Shown here one piece after another: positions 23,362 through 37,800 of a DNA stretch of 64,000 nt (positions are counted from its first letter, which is position 1; each line of letters starts with the position of its first letter). This DNA comes from Orbicella franksi (lineage: Eukaryota): positions 1,240,001-1,304,000 of the forward strand of contig OZ116710.1 of NCBI GenBank assembly GCA_964199315.1, written 5' to 3'. The notes under the pieces were generated by a model. The model saw only the letters and a list, made by a program, of their open reading frames with translations, made no database searches and was not told the origin of the DNA. A program made the position numbers and the translations under genes.

Positions 23362-26300
23362 TCACTGATGCGCACACTGAACACGAGGCCCATGCCCTGC
23401 TTCATCGTCACTGCCATCCTCATACGCTTCTCTTCTCTTCTGGTGGTACCTGGGGTCAAGCTCTGTAAGATCCACCTCCTCTGCATCCTCACCCGGTGAA
23501 GGCTGCTTAGGCCGACTTGGAAGTAATGACTCAAGTAACTGCAACATAAACAAACATACAGGATTCTCATTGTGATAACAAACGTACAGAACTTTGATCA
23601 GATTGAAAATGAAGGATAAATAAATAAACAAATATATAAATATATAAATAAATAAATACAAAAAGCTAGGGAACATTGAAACATATCACATTTCTAATTA
23701 TCATATTACACAACACTGGTTCCCAAGGAGGACATCAAAATTTAGCATTCATTAACTGAAATATCTTGACTTCACTGTTAATCACCCAGGATAACTTTTC
23801 ATGTACTGCTATAGCCCTCAACATTGAGATTTATGCAAGTATTTGTGATTTCATAGTCAGATATTGACTTGTGAATTTGTCCCTGGTAAACAAATATACA
23901 CAAACATGTGCAATTAATACACTACTTCTCATCACTTTATTGTTAATGCTGACAAAATGTTGTCTGAAAGTTTATCTGCTGTTGTATAAATCATTAATTA
24001 AAATGCTGAGTGTAATCAATCTAAATACACAGTCCACAACAAAAATACTCACCGATATTTTGTCGCAGGGGATGAAATTATTGGGTGGAAATTCAATTTC
24101 AAATTTGATATAGAGGTTTCCTTTGTCATAAGGTCTTCTGTAACCTGGCATGCCTTCTCCAACCACACCTCTTATACAACCTGGCCAGAATTAAATAATT
24201 CATCATTATTATAAAACACAGTCTAAATCCAGCTCTAAAAATACATGTTCCCAGGGTTCTCCATAACCCCTGAAAACATGCAAAAAACACCACTTGATAG
24301 CAATGGACTGCCAACCTTGAAATTTCCCACGATGCAAACTGTACTTAAAAAACAACCTTTTCATTACCTCCAAGCTGATAACAATGAAAAACTCTAACAA
24401 GGAAGGAGAATATTACGAAGGTAATCTAAATAACGGTCTCTGAGTGAGTGTCAAGAATCTTTGCTCATCAATAATGAATGGTTTATACCTTGTGTAACAA
24501 TATTAATTTTGATGCCAGTCATTAAAGGGCATCTGACAGCCTTCTGCACATGTGCAGCAATTTCATTTCTTATCCAACCCCACAGTTTTCAAAGTTGATA
24601 CTTAGGAGAAGAATCCCTCTCCATTGACCTTGTGAGGTGTGTGAAAATAGTAATACTGATATTGAAGAACTGTTTAGTTATCCATGAAAGATTAAAATGC
24701 CAAGTTTGTGTTTTAAATTCAATACTGTCTAGAAATACAATGTCCTTGAGAGGGGTTTTCAAAGCATCTAGAGATGAAAGCTACTTTCAACCCATATCCA
24801 TCTTGTTTTGAAAGAAAAAGGGAAAAAAAGAGATGGGAGGATGAACTTCAGAAAATTCACATAGCTGCAGATGTACATGCAAGTTGGAAGAAGGTATAGC
24901 ATATGTGCTTGTATACAATGGACATAGCCCTCACACAACATAAACATGATAAATATTCTTTATGAACGAAAGATCCAAAGCAAACAGATAAAAGAGATTT
25001 TTGAAAGGCAGGTGAAACTCGAAGCTGACACGATTTCTATTGCACAGGTATGCACTTTATTGTGCCAATGGCCCTTTATGTTCTTATTATTCCCTGTAGG
25101 GATTACTGCACTAACCTGGCTCTATAACCTGTCCAGCTGGATATTTTACAATTAAATCTCTCTTATCAAGGTGTTTGATCACCATATGAAAGCCACACAG
25201 TGCTTCTGCTAGATGAATTTTCTTTGTCATGAACAGATCGTCTCCCTGACGGCTGAACAAATCATGATCCTTCTGCTGCAGGACCAGAATAACATCACCA
25301 GGTTCCACACCAGGCTACAAAAACATAACAACATCTAAATGGGAATTGTCCAGTTTGTATGTTTAATTTCACATGATATCCACAAGAAAACAGACAAGCA
25401 AAATTTCCCTATGAATAAATATTAAAAACATTTATCAATAAACATTCAAGAAAATGTAATTATTATGTGTTCATTTCAAGACCATGACACTATTTATGCT
25501 AGTCAAGATACATGAATGTTATCTTATGCAGGCTTTTAGCCAGATGGGTGTCCAGGCATCCTGTGGACAGTCACTTTGTTAGGAATATTGTTTTATTTTC
25601 CATGTTGCCTTACTGTTTATTTGAGCAGACCCTGTAGCACATTTTGGATGCCCTTTTTTCCATTTACTGTCTCTCTCCTCCACAGAGGCTCCCTAGGGGA
25701 AGGGGAAGTGAATTGGGAGTGAGAAGGCATGCGGGGGACGATGGCAGAGGCCTCTCTTTTCCCAGTGTTCCCAGCACTTTTCCGTTCTTCCCTCTCCCCA
25801 GCCTCCAAACTACCAGCCTACATGGTCAAGGCAGCATGAAAAAGGCCTCTGCAGAGGAGAGAGATTAGCAGTTGTTTCCCATGATTGCTGGACATGAAAC
25901 CAAAAATTTAGTTTCCATGAAATATAAAATCCTTGGGCTTGTGGATACAAACTGTACATTTTTTTGGGGGGGGGGGGGGGGGCGGGGCGGAGGAGGAATT
26001 TTTTAAAGTTACTCAGCTAGATGGTTAATACTGCCAAAGTTAAGTTTTAATTCCCGTAACAAATTATTATATAACAGTTGTAGATCTACAACCTCTCTCA
26101 CTGTTTGCCACAAGGTTTGTCTTACCTCCTGATCTCCCTCCCCTCTGAACGTTATTTTTTGACCATCATTCATACCCTTGTCTACATGAACCTGCAGAGA
26201 ACAATCACAAGAATTACTATACATGTAGCTCTTGTTGCTGTCTGTTCAGAGAAGCACTTGACTCCATGTAAGGTATCTGTGTGACTCGCATGTCCTATGG

Positions 26301-29300
26301 CTTACAGATTTTCATCTACTTTACTTTTCAATGCATGTAGCGGCATATGCTTGTACTTTACCTCTAATATCTTGCTTTCTTTGACAACTTTTTTACCCTG
26401 GCATTTCTTACACCTGTCTTTAGGATTGAGTACCTCACCTGAAAAATCACAAAGCACAATAAGTGATATGGCTTGGAATACAAACAATCCTCCTGGTGAA
26501 AGAATCTCCCTTTCTATAAGCTTACTTGCAATGATTCACTCAGTTCAACAACTGTTGATTATCTGACATTGTACATGGACCTTGTCTTTCATACAATGTT
26601 GACAATACAGTATTTATTTAGTAATTTTCATTTTTATGAAATAACTTTATTTCAAGAGGGTTATACTACCTGGTGCTTAGCACTAATAATCTGCAGCCCT
26701 CAATACTAATTAATATAATAATTATCTACAAATTATAATATAAAAACAATAAAAATAATTATGAAACAAACAACTACATAATTAAGCTAAGAATAAAACA
26801 AGCCAATTAAAATGAATTATAAATGCTGCATAATTTAACGTGACTGCAAACAGCTGACATTAACTAAAGGAGGCAGCTATAATCAGTAAAAGCTACATGT
26901 AACACAAAGTGCAGAAAGTTTCAGGAAGGCAACATGTATTCTTTGATATCGAGTTAGTTGATTTTATTGATCATGATTGAAGTGCAATCAGTAGGAAGGC
27001 AGCATGGACATTTCGTCAAACAAAATTGTCAGACTACTTCAATCGACCATGGTTCTTCATCATTATGCACATCCTACATGAATGTTCTCTGTACTTGCAG
27101 AGAGTGTTTGCATCAATGAACAACTCATAATATATAAAAAAAAATTATTACCTTCACCACTGCATTCATTGCAAGACGTCTGCATTTGCTGCACCATTCC
27201 AGGACCAATCGGACGAATGGTCACCTTGATGCCACGCCCTTTACACCCTGGGCAAGTCCGAACAGCTCCAGCTTTTCCACCAGCCCTGCCAAAAATATGC
27301 TCATGTTTGTTTTGTTTTTCACAGGACCATAAAGAAAGTTAAATCCAAGCCAAGAAAATGTAATGTACTGTAACAAAACATGCTACAAACAAACTGATTT
27401 CCTTGTTTTGTAAAATAGCTAACACTTGCAGCCTGATAACCAGTATGCTCAACTGGAGCACAGAGTCATTGCATTTATTATTTCATAAACAAACATACAT
27501 GTATTCTGTAAGTTTCACTCAAATGAGGATAAAAAAAACAATCTTTTATTAACTTCTTACAGGTCAACCACCTGAACTATAAGAACTGAAAGTTCTGGGC
27601 CTCTTGGAAAGAAGAGTTAATCAATCAGATTGTTACTTGGGAACAAAGGATAGCTACCTTTTTCTTAAATAAACCAATAACATTGAAGAATACAAACTTA
27701 CAATAGTTCCATAACAAAATTGGAAACCTGATGAAAGTGTGGATTGCCACAGTTTCAATCCTAAGTTTTGTGTGTTTTCCAATGGTTTCAGTTTGGTTGT
27801 CGCCAACTAAATTTTCCAAGCGAAATTTATAATTATGATACAAGTAATTCATCATCAAAGACTGAAGCTGTAGTGTGTATATACATGTACAAACTGTAAC
27901 ACAAACGAGTGTGTGTGGATCGTAATCATGCATTCATGTCAAACAGACCCTTATTTCACAAAAAAAAGCACTCCATTGTTCTCAATTTGATTGGTTACTT
28001 TTCTTTCTGGTGGCCTGGTTCAAGTACAATGTAGTCACACTGCAATTATCGCCTTTGTTTAAGACCTGCACCTTTCTTCTGATTAGAGTTTCACTATTAT
28101 CCTCAATACAATGCACAAATGTCTTCTTTGTCTTACCCTTTACACACTGTGCAGATCACATTCTTACTGAGTTGCAATTTGGTTGACTTTCCATTGTAAA
28201 GATCTTCTAATGTAACTCTGCAAAAACAATAATGATTAAGCTTGCACAAATATGCCACAAATTACATGCACATGCACAATAAATATGCAGGATTTATTCT
28301 ATTGTACAGGACTGCATGCAGGGTTTCACTAATGACCGGGCACAGGGCAAATTGACTTGCAGATTCATCAACTGTCAAATAATTTGGCTCTTATTCCTGA
28401 CAGTTTTCATATAATATTATCTTACAAGTACATTTCGACTTCTTTCATTTGAACATCACTTATACAGTACTGTGGCAGTCTTGTGTTATTTTCATGTGTC
28501 TAACAGTCTTCTGAAAAATCCAGATTATTTCAAGCTAAAGAAACAACCTGTAGTTGTGCTGGTTACAGTACATTTTATTTCCCTTCTATCTTCAATTTTT
28601 GAAGCAAATTCGCCCAATGATGTAAATAGAGACTGTTCATAAAACTCATATTACAGTAAGCCACCACCTGATTTAGGCAGCAAGAGGTGTTTTTACCCCT
28701 ATCAAACGGCTACCATGAATACACATAGTTTGACATTGTTTTTAGAAAAACTGATGACAGATAAGACTCCAGAATAGAAGGGGATGGCTGATAAAAACAT
28801 CTCTCATTGTCCAAAGGCATTTCTTTTATCACCAACATGGTCTTTTGATTTTCCAAGTGTTTGCTTTTTGTGCCCAAAGATGATCGTTGAGACCATCCCT
28901 ATTATATGGAACAGTTGTCACAAGCCACCAAATGAGTTTGTATTCAAAGGAAATTATGTCTGTTCATACACGTACATGTAGTTATATCACACTTTATACT
29001 ACTTTCTGTCTAACCCCTGTTAAGGAGCCATTTGCCATTACTGAACTGGCCACTTAAAAAGGGTTTGACGGTTCAAGTGTTTGTGTAGCAACAAGTGAAT
29101 CACATGGAAATAAACATTACTTTAAAGGGTGAAATAGATCTTCTCCTCGCCTTCTTCTCTGTCTGAACCCTCCACCACCTAAAAAATGAGTAAATTGCAT
29201 TGGATTCACTGTAATGAACAATCTGATGCTTATTATTCCTAAAGTTCACAACATTCAATTTAGACATCTTTTACACTTTAATTAAATTACAGATGTAAGA

Positions 29301-32300
29301 TGTCATCTTCTCATTAGTGATAATGTTTGTCACATGAATGTAAAAAGGGTGAACTTGACATGTCAACTGCACTTGAACCAATCAGATGGTAGATCAAACC
29401 ACACATTACTAGACTGACAATAGTTATTACTAATTTAATTTCTAATTTAATTTAATCCATTTTCACTGCACAAATTATGAGCCATATGAAAACACAAAAG
29501 CAATAATTCATATATCACAAAATGGAAAGAAGAAAAGCAGCAGGGAAGGACTAGAAGGGAACATTATTAACTAAGTGAGAATCTCATAGGATATCTGTCT
29601 TTCTGATATATTAAGGCTGGTTTTCATAAGCGGCAGAGTCGAAATCAGAGGCACAGAGTGAAACAATCTAATGAAAATCAAGCTGACAGAGTCAGAAGCA
29701 GAATACCAATTGCACTCATAACTCCCTCGCTTATGATCTATTGAAAACTAAGAATAAAGAAATCATAATACTTGTTTCAGGGCCTTGTGATTAGTTGGTG
29801 TTTCTTCTTCTGGTTTCTATTCCTACAATCTAGTTTGCATTGGATCACAAGCAAAGGAGTCGTAAATGAAATCAGAAGAAATGGAAACATTCCGATTCTT
29901 CCAATTCCAATTCTGTTGAGTTTATGACTCTGCTATTAATGACTCCAATTTTTTATCTCAATAGGTCATAAGTCCTCCACAAACTCCGCTAGTGAAAACC
30001 AGCCTTTATGATGAATCTATTCCAAATCACAGTGTAACAAATAGATGTGACTTAATCATTACATTAAAGCTGTATGTATCATTCTTTTGGCCAAATTAAA
30101 ACAACGATGTTGTAACATCATTCCTTTACTTTTTAAGGTGGCTCAACACAGTTTTTGATGCCTGTGTTTCATTCACCTTTTTCTCTAAAACCCTTGATCC
30201 CTCGGTCGCCAAAAATGGCAACAAGCAAGTTAACAACACAAACTTTGTTTTTTTGATAATTAAGCTGACGTATGTGCTGTTGCCATGGCAACATGAATAA
30301 ATATAAACGGGCCTTTAAAATCGCTTTTGTCGATTAGTAGAAAATCTAGTCATTAGGTTTTCTTTATAATTTGCATTCAGGAAGCCTGTAACAATACTCG
30401 CAAGTTAACACCATTTTGATAATAATTTAGCAAAGAGATCTTTAATTATCCCTTGTTGAAGGTTCAAAGGAATATCTAGAATTTCCTTTGTTAAAGTTCA
30501 CTTTTTTTCAATGCTCTAGTTACGTATTTCCTAAAGTATTTTCATGCCAAATTTCATGAAATTCTAATGAGTGGTTCTGGAGAAAAAGGCGTATTTTCGA
30601 GAAAGCAATTTTTCATTCAGTCACAATTTTTTACTTACTACGCATGCGCTGCATTTAACCGGGTTCTTTCGGTAACAATGCAAAAGCTAAGAATTGCTGG
30701 GTTCTTTGCATCGTTACCTTTTCTAACATATCTTTCATTGTCAATCTCTCTTGAAATTATGTGACGAGTCTCTTCAATGGTTCAATAATTTACAGGCTAA
30801 CCATGCTACAATGCTTTCTCAATTTACCAACACCAAATACCAATCTTTCTGATAACCAAACAAAGGATTTGCATCTTCTTCTGTTATATACAAAGCAATA
30901 CCACTATGCTTGCAAAACAATGCAAAAGAAACAAGATACTTCTGAATTCATATCTAAATTCATTATCCAGCTTGAAATAGACAGATGACTTGACGTGACC
31001 ATGTTGCCCTTTCCCCCGGCTATATACATTTGTACAAAGCTAGAGAAACATATTGTTTGTAATATTTACTATCGTATACATTATCGACTACTTGTATTTT
31101 TCATTAGTATATTATCAGTTGTAACAACCCTCTTTTTTGTACTACTTTTGTAATTTGTTGCAATATTGTAATATGTTTTTATCAATAACATAAACTATAA
31201 AAAAAAATCTTTGTAATAAAAGATTAAAACCATCAATACTCTGTGTTCAATTCTAGAGAAAAATAGCACAGATAATGCGGGCATTGGGCAAATAAAGTGA
31301 TCGCTCTATTGACGGCATGTTTGTTTTTTGCAATCCTTGTGCGCACGCTGAATCGCATCGGCAAAAGCGTGTGCGAAAACTGTGTTCGGCTACCTTAAAT
31401 TCATGGGTATGAAAACCTCTGTTTAAATTTCATTATAAACTGACAATCACAGTGCATCACTTCACATCATTGAATTGCTGAGAGATCAATGTAATTACAG
31501 CTAGTCTTAAATTTGAACACCTTTCATACACTTCCATGATTTTTTTTGCCTTTAAATTTTGCCTTCAAAGCATACCTAGAAACTAGTTACTATGTACTAT
31601 GTCAATAGCTTTTGTTTGTTGTCATTAAACAGTGAATTCGTGATGGGTTACAATATTTCAACTGCTTCCTGCAGATCTTCATCAGCTAACAGGGCAAACC
31701 AGTTATGTATTACGATTTGTAAGACCATTTATCACAAATGCTAATACACAAATTTATCAGAGAATTTATCTCCTGATGGAGACCAGAATTAAGTAAATGT
31801 TGCAGTCCACATTCAAGTATGTAGTGTAATGAAACAAAACACAAGCCACAAAAAAAGGTCACCCTCATAGAAAGTAATGTAAATATAATGACCACGTGCA
31901 AATATAGAATTGATAAACATGATCATCAAATTGAAGTTCTTCACATGATATCAGAAGGTTGGTTTTCCAAGGATGTAGCAAAAACTATCTATTAGTCTGC
32001 TGACACTTGTCAAGCCATAACTGTAGAAAAAAATTACAATCAACTTTGCACTTTTTCATCGCAGGTTATGACCTGTATATATACCTACTATGAAAACACT
32101 GTGAAATGACATGTTAGCCAAACACCATTAGTTAAAATGAACCAAGTGGAAAGTCAGACTTCAATACATGACTGACAAAACAACACAGCTATTATATATA
32201 ACCTTTTTTATATTGTAATATTCCAAATGGTTTATTTTAATGAAGAACTTCTAAACCATTGAATTAAAATGATGTTCTTATGAGAAATTATGACTTCAAT

Positions 32301-34823
32301 ATTACTAGAAATTACAGTTTTTTGGTCCAAGATAGTAATAATCAAGAGTTACTTGATTTTATGATCTTGAGCATCTCTCACATCAAGTTAGCACTAGAAT
32401 AGTTTTAGGTGTGACAGTAAAATCAAATAATTTGTGTTTTTGTTTAGCTATAACTTAGCCATAGCATAGCTGAATTGAATAGAAGCACACAATTGTAAAA
32501 CAAACACAGCAAGAAACCAGCATTCTTTGTAAACTTCACTTTTTTATTGGATGGAAAAGATCTCCTTCTGCATGTACTCTGTACGCTATCTAAATCAAAG
32601 GTTAAACATGTTAAAGATCTTTCAGTATTACAATTGCTTTCTGAAACCAAAAAAAGGCAGAAATGTTACTCACAAGTAAAACAAAGGCTGTTAGTTTTCT
32701 GTTTGTGGTTTATTTTTTTTACTTAAAGATTGACTCTTCACTAACTGAAGGGAAATGTAATTTCCGCATGCTTAATATTTGCGTGTGAAGGTGATACATG
32801 TACATGTATAATAAACATCATGCTAAATTGCAGTAGGATTTTTTTTTTTTTTTTCATCATGTGTGATCACACTGTACATGTCAAAGGGTGAATGAATATA
32901 GCACAAAATAATTGGTTAAAAAAATTGTTGCTAAAAATAAAGCACTTTTTAGATATCACAACAGTTAACCAATTACACTCAAGAAGCAATCATCAGAACA
33001 CGTTTTATGGAAAAAACACAAACTTAATTACAGATCAGCAGTCATTCCTTTTGTTGGTGAAACAATCAATTACAAAGGATAAATTATTTTTTCATCAAAA
33101 ACAAATATAATTATGGCATGTTAGATTGCATAAGTAAGACTTGAAATTAACATACAGTATATTTCCTGGAATGTACATGTTCCACATAGAACATGCACTA
33201 TAAGGTCTATAATATTCCCTCACTGTTCTAAAATATTCCCTTCCTGTTCTATAATATTCTTTTGCTGTTCTTTAATATTAACTTGCTGCTCAAGTTGCGA
33301 ATGATGTGAAGTACGAATGTCCCCAATTTGCCACTGGTTTCCTTGGTGACAAGATATTTGTAACGCTATGCAAAGAGTTCTATTTTCAGCGAAAATTACC
33401 CCGAGATCGAGGGTTATCAATTTTCCACAGCTCGACAACATAATAAAAGTCTAGATTTCTACATGAATTCATTACCAATGGTGACACTTACAGTAATATT
33501 ACGATTCCACAAAATAGCCACTTATCATGTTATAGTTTAGAGGAAAACGGTTGCACAACGAATTCATCGCATGCCAAAATTTGAATTTCGTGTACATATC
33601 TACGCGTAGAATTCAGATGTTAGCTAATGTCAGAGATTTCTGCCTCGCAAAAGGGGTTGAAATTTCCCAAGAACGGGGCATTATAGAAATTCCCCCAGCT
33701 AAACAAGATAAAAGGATTATTTTATGACGTAGCTAACCCAAAGGAGCCGCAAATGTGGATGGAATGTTCTTAATACATCACCGATTTTCAGAAGCTGGGC
33801 TGATATCGAAGTCTCGACACCAATATCTTCACAAAAGACGACTTACTGTTCCTTTCAGGGCTTTGGCAAGGCATGGTCGCAGTGGAACTCAATAAATACG
33901 TTCGTCACTTAAGCATGTTGCCAAATTGTTGCCAATTTGATATTTGCGACTTACCAGAGTCGTGAAAAGACTAAATGATTTGTCAGTTTCTTTGCTTCTT
34001 AGCTTAATCCACTTCCGGTTAAGATTCGTTTTTTGGCATTTTCCTCCATTCTAAACATGCTTAGGACAGTAAATGTTCAGGCGCCAACACGATCAAAATA
34101 TCGACTTACCGAACATTCCACCGCCAAAACCACCAAAAATATGCGACAAGAGATCGTCCATACCTCCACCTGAACAAAAGTATAAGTAAAAAAGGTAAAA
34201 CTATGAGGAGAAAGTGACAAGATGAAACGTAAACGAAAGAGCAAATCAACTCAACTAAAGCTTCCTTTGAGTCAAACATGGAGGATAATACGTCACATTT
34301 AAAGCGGAAAGCAAATTATGGTCAATTTGTAAAGTCTAGGCATAAAAAGGTCGGTACAAATGAAGTTAAAAAGAAGGATTTAAACGGTTTCCAAATGACT
34401 TACCCATACCAGCACCTTCGCGAAGTCCTTTCTCTCCATATTTGTCATAAAGTTCTCGTTTTTCAGGGTTCGAAAGAACTTCGTGAGCAAAGCTTATTTC
34501 CTTAAACTGAAGACAAAAGGTTAAATTCCAATTTTAGAACCTTACATACCTAAATTATCGGTTTTAAAAATGAATAACTGCAAAGCAACTGACTCACTCT
34601 GTCGCCAGCGTCCGGATTTTTGTCGGGATGATACTCTTTCGCGAGCTTCCTGTAAGCCTGACGAATTTGATGATTTTAAAGCAGTGAAAATCACAACAGT
34701 CGACAAAGAAACCTCAAAAGATTATTCTACACTTTAAAAATCCACCCAGTTTACCTTTTTTATCTCTACATCACTCGCATTTGGCGTAACACCGAGAATT
34801 TCATAGAGCCGCGTGTCCGCCAT
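23362..34823 (-). CDS. DNAJA2: DnaJ homolog subfamily A member 2 (Hsp40, class A), 403 aa
   Basis: 12 exons, all GT-AG and phase-consistent, 1212 nt: 34823-34755, 34657-34598, 34506-34404, 34169-34110, 29178-29121, 28217-28137, 27285-27152, 26438-26362, 26191-26126, 25314-25116, 24180-24053, 23538-23362. J domain with HPD, G/F region, four CxxCxGxG repeats, C-terminal CaaX box CAHQ. N-terminal MADTRLY and CAHQ are DNAJA2-like. Confidence 0.95.
25671..25864. mobile_element. MITE in DNAJA2 intron 9
   Basis: Inverted ends CTCTCTCCTCCACAGAGGC / GCCTCTGCAGAGGAGAGAG. Confidence 0.65.
26982..27070 (-). ncRNA. Intronic box C/D snoRNA (SNORD83/snR52-like), predicted guide for 18S rRNA 2'-O-methylation at the A equivalent to yeast A420/human A468
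   Basis: Minus strand: GTGCA TA [ATGATGA] AGAACCATGGTCGATTGAAGTAGT [CTGA] CAATTTTGT [TTGACGA] AATGTCCA TGCTGCCTTCCT A [CTGA] T TGCAC. Boxes C, D', C', D are in order, with a 5-bp terminal stem and 12-nt complementarity to the conserved 18S segment AGGAAGGCAGCA. Confidence 0.8.
29614..30005. mobile_element. Harbinger-like MITE (TTA TSD) in DNAJA2 intron 4
   Basis: TTA|AGGCTGGTTTTCA ... TGAAAACCAGCCT|TTA. Confidence 0.75.
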
Positions 34824-34868
34824 ATTGGGCAATAGAAGGCAACTGTTGTGTGACCGGCGACCGTCAGA

Positions 34869-34888
34869 TGACGTAATAGTGCACGTGC
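34869..34888. promoter_or_regulatory. Candidate CRE/ATF-like site (TGACGTAA) and E-box (GCACGTGC) just upstream of the DNAJA2 ATG
   Basis: TGACGTAA at 34869-76 and GCACGTGC at 34881-88, 46-65 bp from the start codon, in CpG-richer sequence. Motif match only. Confidence 0.3.
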
Positions 34889-37800
34889 TCGTGTCCAGTC
34901 AGTCGCAGACGACAATTAAACATGATGTCTCGTCGGATAAATAAGGAGGAAGTCACGAAAACTAAAATTGCGTTTAACAATGCACAAAAACAAAATAGCA
35001 GACACCGAAGACCTTTGCTTTAAGTTTGATACATCGTCGGACTGTTCCATTTGTTGATTTTTTTACCGTTAATCTTAGGTTTTATTTCGTGCTCATTGCA
35101 CAGCTTTTAGCGCCATGTTGTCAATTCTGAATACATCATCAGATCTCAATACTACTAAATGTCGGTTTGACCGGAGAAAGCCCATTAAGTGAGGCGCATT
35201 CCGTGCCTTGCTCTTATTCTGTTTTACGATAGCTCCGCAAAATACTACATTTTTGCGTTTCTAGTTCAGTCTGTTTGACGCGTGACTTTAATGTACCGCG
35301 GCGAAGGGCAGCGAGTCGGTGTAAAAGTGAAATGGTATGAAATGAAGTGGATTTGTCAAAATATTTGCTTATTTAAGTGCTAGAAAAAGCTTTAAAAAAA
35401 ACCTTAAGCGCGCAGAGTAAATAATGACGACCTATTGTTAGTTTTTTCCTTTAATCGTTGTGGCTTAGGGCAGCTGTGAATAATTCATAGGCGATAGGAC
35501 TTCTTCCTGAACTGTTCTGCACGCAATGTGGTTGTTTCCTCGCGGATGTCAATGATTTTTCTGAGCTTGAGTTGTCATTTACTACATACATGTATTTGAC
35601 TTACACGAACAGTGATTAAAATCCATTTCAAATAAAACAGTACGGAGCATCTCATTTCGCCCACACAAGCACAGTTCCTACACGAAAGCCGTTACGAGGG
35701 AACAGACTGGGCCGGAACAACTGACTAGCTCATATCGAACGATCGAATAATGAGATGGTTTCCAAGCTGGACAAACCTGGCTGTTGTTAATCTTAATGCA
35801 TTTATGAGCTCAGTATTTGATCGCTTTTGAAGGGACTGAGAATTCATACGTGCTCGTGAGAATCGCCAGGGTTATTCTAGGGTTATGTACTGGAGCCTAA
35901 ACCCATTTGTCTATTCCCTATCAAGCCAGAATCTCGTTAGCACAAAGTTCGTGGCATTTGAAAAGAAAATCTGAGGCTTACACAGACAGCCTTGAATCGA
36001 TGAATGGGCCCTTGAATATATAATTCAGCCACCGCTTAAAATTATCGCTATAGAAAGTCGGAACAATATGTAGCTGTTGCACGAAAAAGAAAACCATTAA
36101 GCGACGATTCACGCTAAAATGAAAGAACAAAATAATAGAATAATTAATATCTGATGCAAATCGAAGAAATAGCGCAGACAGTTTTATTCAAAATAGAAAG
36201 CATCTGATAACCCGTCAAAATTGGGCCAAGAAATTGAGTGAACCAGTACAAGAATCTATAACAGTGTGTCATTTATGACGTAATGGTTTTGGGGGCGAAC
36301 CAGCCCTTTAATAGCCAACCCAAGGCTAATAGGGCCACTATGGTTTCACCTTGAACTCTCAGCTGAAACAACAACTCAATGCTTGAAGAGATTAATATTT
36401 TACTTTACTCAGTTCGGTTCTTGACAGGAGGATTTTACGGCAAATTATTTTGTCGCTTATTCTTCAACGCGTCCTCCTGACTCAGCTTGACATGACAACC
36501 ATGTGATACTGATATGGAGCAAATTGTTTCCTCTGAACACGCATTTAAATTTCAACTGCTCAAAAGAAATGTGAATATGCCAATAGGCTATCACAGTAAT
36601 TTTGCGGTCACAGAGAATAATAATCCGGCTTTCAGGGCAGGAAGGAAGAACACCCAGCTATCCACCGGCTTATCCAATACCTTTAATATGTACATACAAT
36701 TAACAATCGATAGTTATATTTCGCATCAGTCACTACTCAAATGCAAACGCTTCGGAATTAGCGTGACACGTTATCATTAAGGTAATATGATACCACTTTG
36801 TTTAAGTACACTTTTCCCCAAACTAATTTCCACATGTTGCGCCAAAAGTTGGGAGAATTCCAGTGTATAAAAATACAGCTTCAATCAGTTGACGTGACAC
36901 TGTATTGAGGGAGGAGTGACATCCTGATTGCTGTACTATTCGCGTTTCCATGCAGAAACCTGAACGAAGCTTGAAAGAATTTTAACAGGTTAGCTTTGGT
37001 TGCTGAGTGGGCAGAATTGAATGAATAAAAGTAATTTAGTACGCAAGCGAGATCCAGAGATAAATACTGACAAGACATATTTAATTTCAAAAACCATATA
37101 GATAGAAGTTTCGCTTTGAAACCCGTGAAGCATACTTGCTATTGTAGCAAGAAAATCATGAGAACATTGTGTTCGGTACGGCTCGTGACTAGTGCTTTGG
37201 TTTCTTCCGCCTGTTCATACACACGCACTCTGTAGCCTTATGCGTGATAATAAAAGAATTTTAGCGAAAGTTCTCGACCACTTGTCAACTGAAACGAACA
37301 GGGCTGTCAAATTGATTAGAAATGACATGTTTACTTAACAACAGCTGAACAAATTCCTTCCGAGCCAAGTAACAGGTATGTCCAAGGTACGCCAGATATC
37401 TGAAACTCAAGTGAAACTGTGGATTACCAGTCGCGACGCTTCTCCTCTCCCCTTTCCACGTTCCACCCCTCTCTTCTCGGAGAGGAACAGAGACCGGACT
37501 CGAATGAGCGGTGGAAATCGAGCCTAGAGAAACTGTTTTGCACATATTCTTAGCTCTGATTAAATTCATCAAATTGATAGAGTTATCATAGTGCTCCAAA
37601 CGAAAACAATTCATGCTCTACCTTAAAAGTACCTTACCTTATTTATTATCTGGCTTTTCCAATTAAACGTTTACTCTTTGCCTTTGTTTTATCTAGCCCT
37701 CTTCCGCCCCACCCAAGGAGAGACTGAAGTACAGCACAAATCATTAAATAGACTGAATTTGGTCGTTTAATTCTCACTTTGTGATCAGAGATATTTTGGC

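Noticed and set aside
23857-23938. Second C/D snoRNA candidate (GTGATGA...CTGA, minus) in DNAJA2 intron 11
   Set aside because: No convincing terminal stem, no internal D'/C' pair and no rRNA complement that I recognise.
27788-27855. Third C/D candidate (ATGATGA...CTGA, minus) in DNAJA2 intron 6
   Set aside because: No terminal stem or recognisable guide; expected by chance in AT-rich introns.
33200-33300. Heptad-like frame [20 protein letters not shown] from ~21-bp imperfect repeats
   Set aside because: Only about three degenerate units, with an internal stop and no splice support; likely a minisatellite.
34830-35520. Heat-shock elements upstream of DNAJA2
   Set aside because: I found no properly spaced three-unit nGAAn array by eye. 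The closest, TTCCTGAACTGTTC near 35495, is off by one base.
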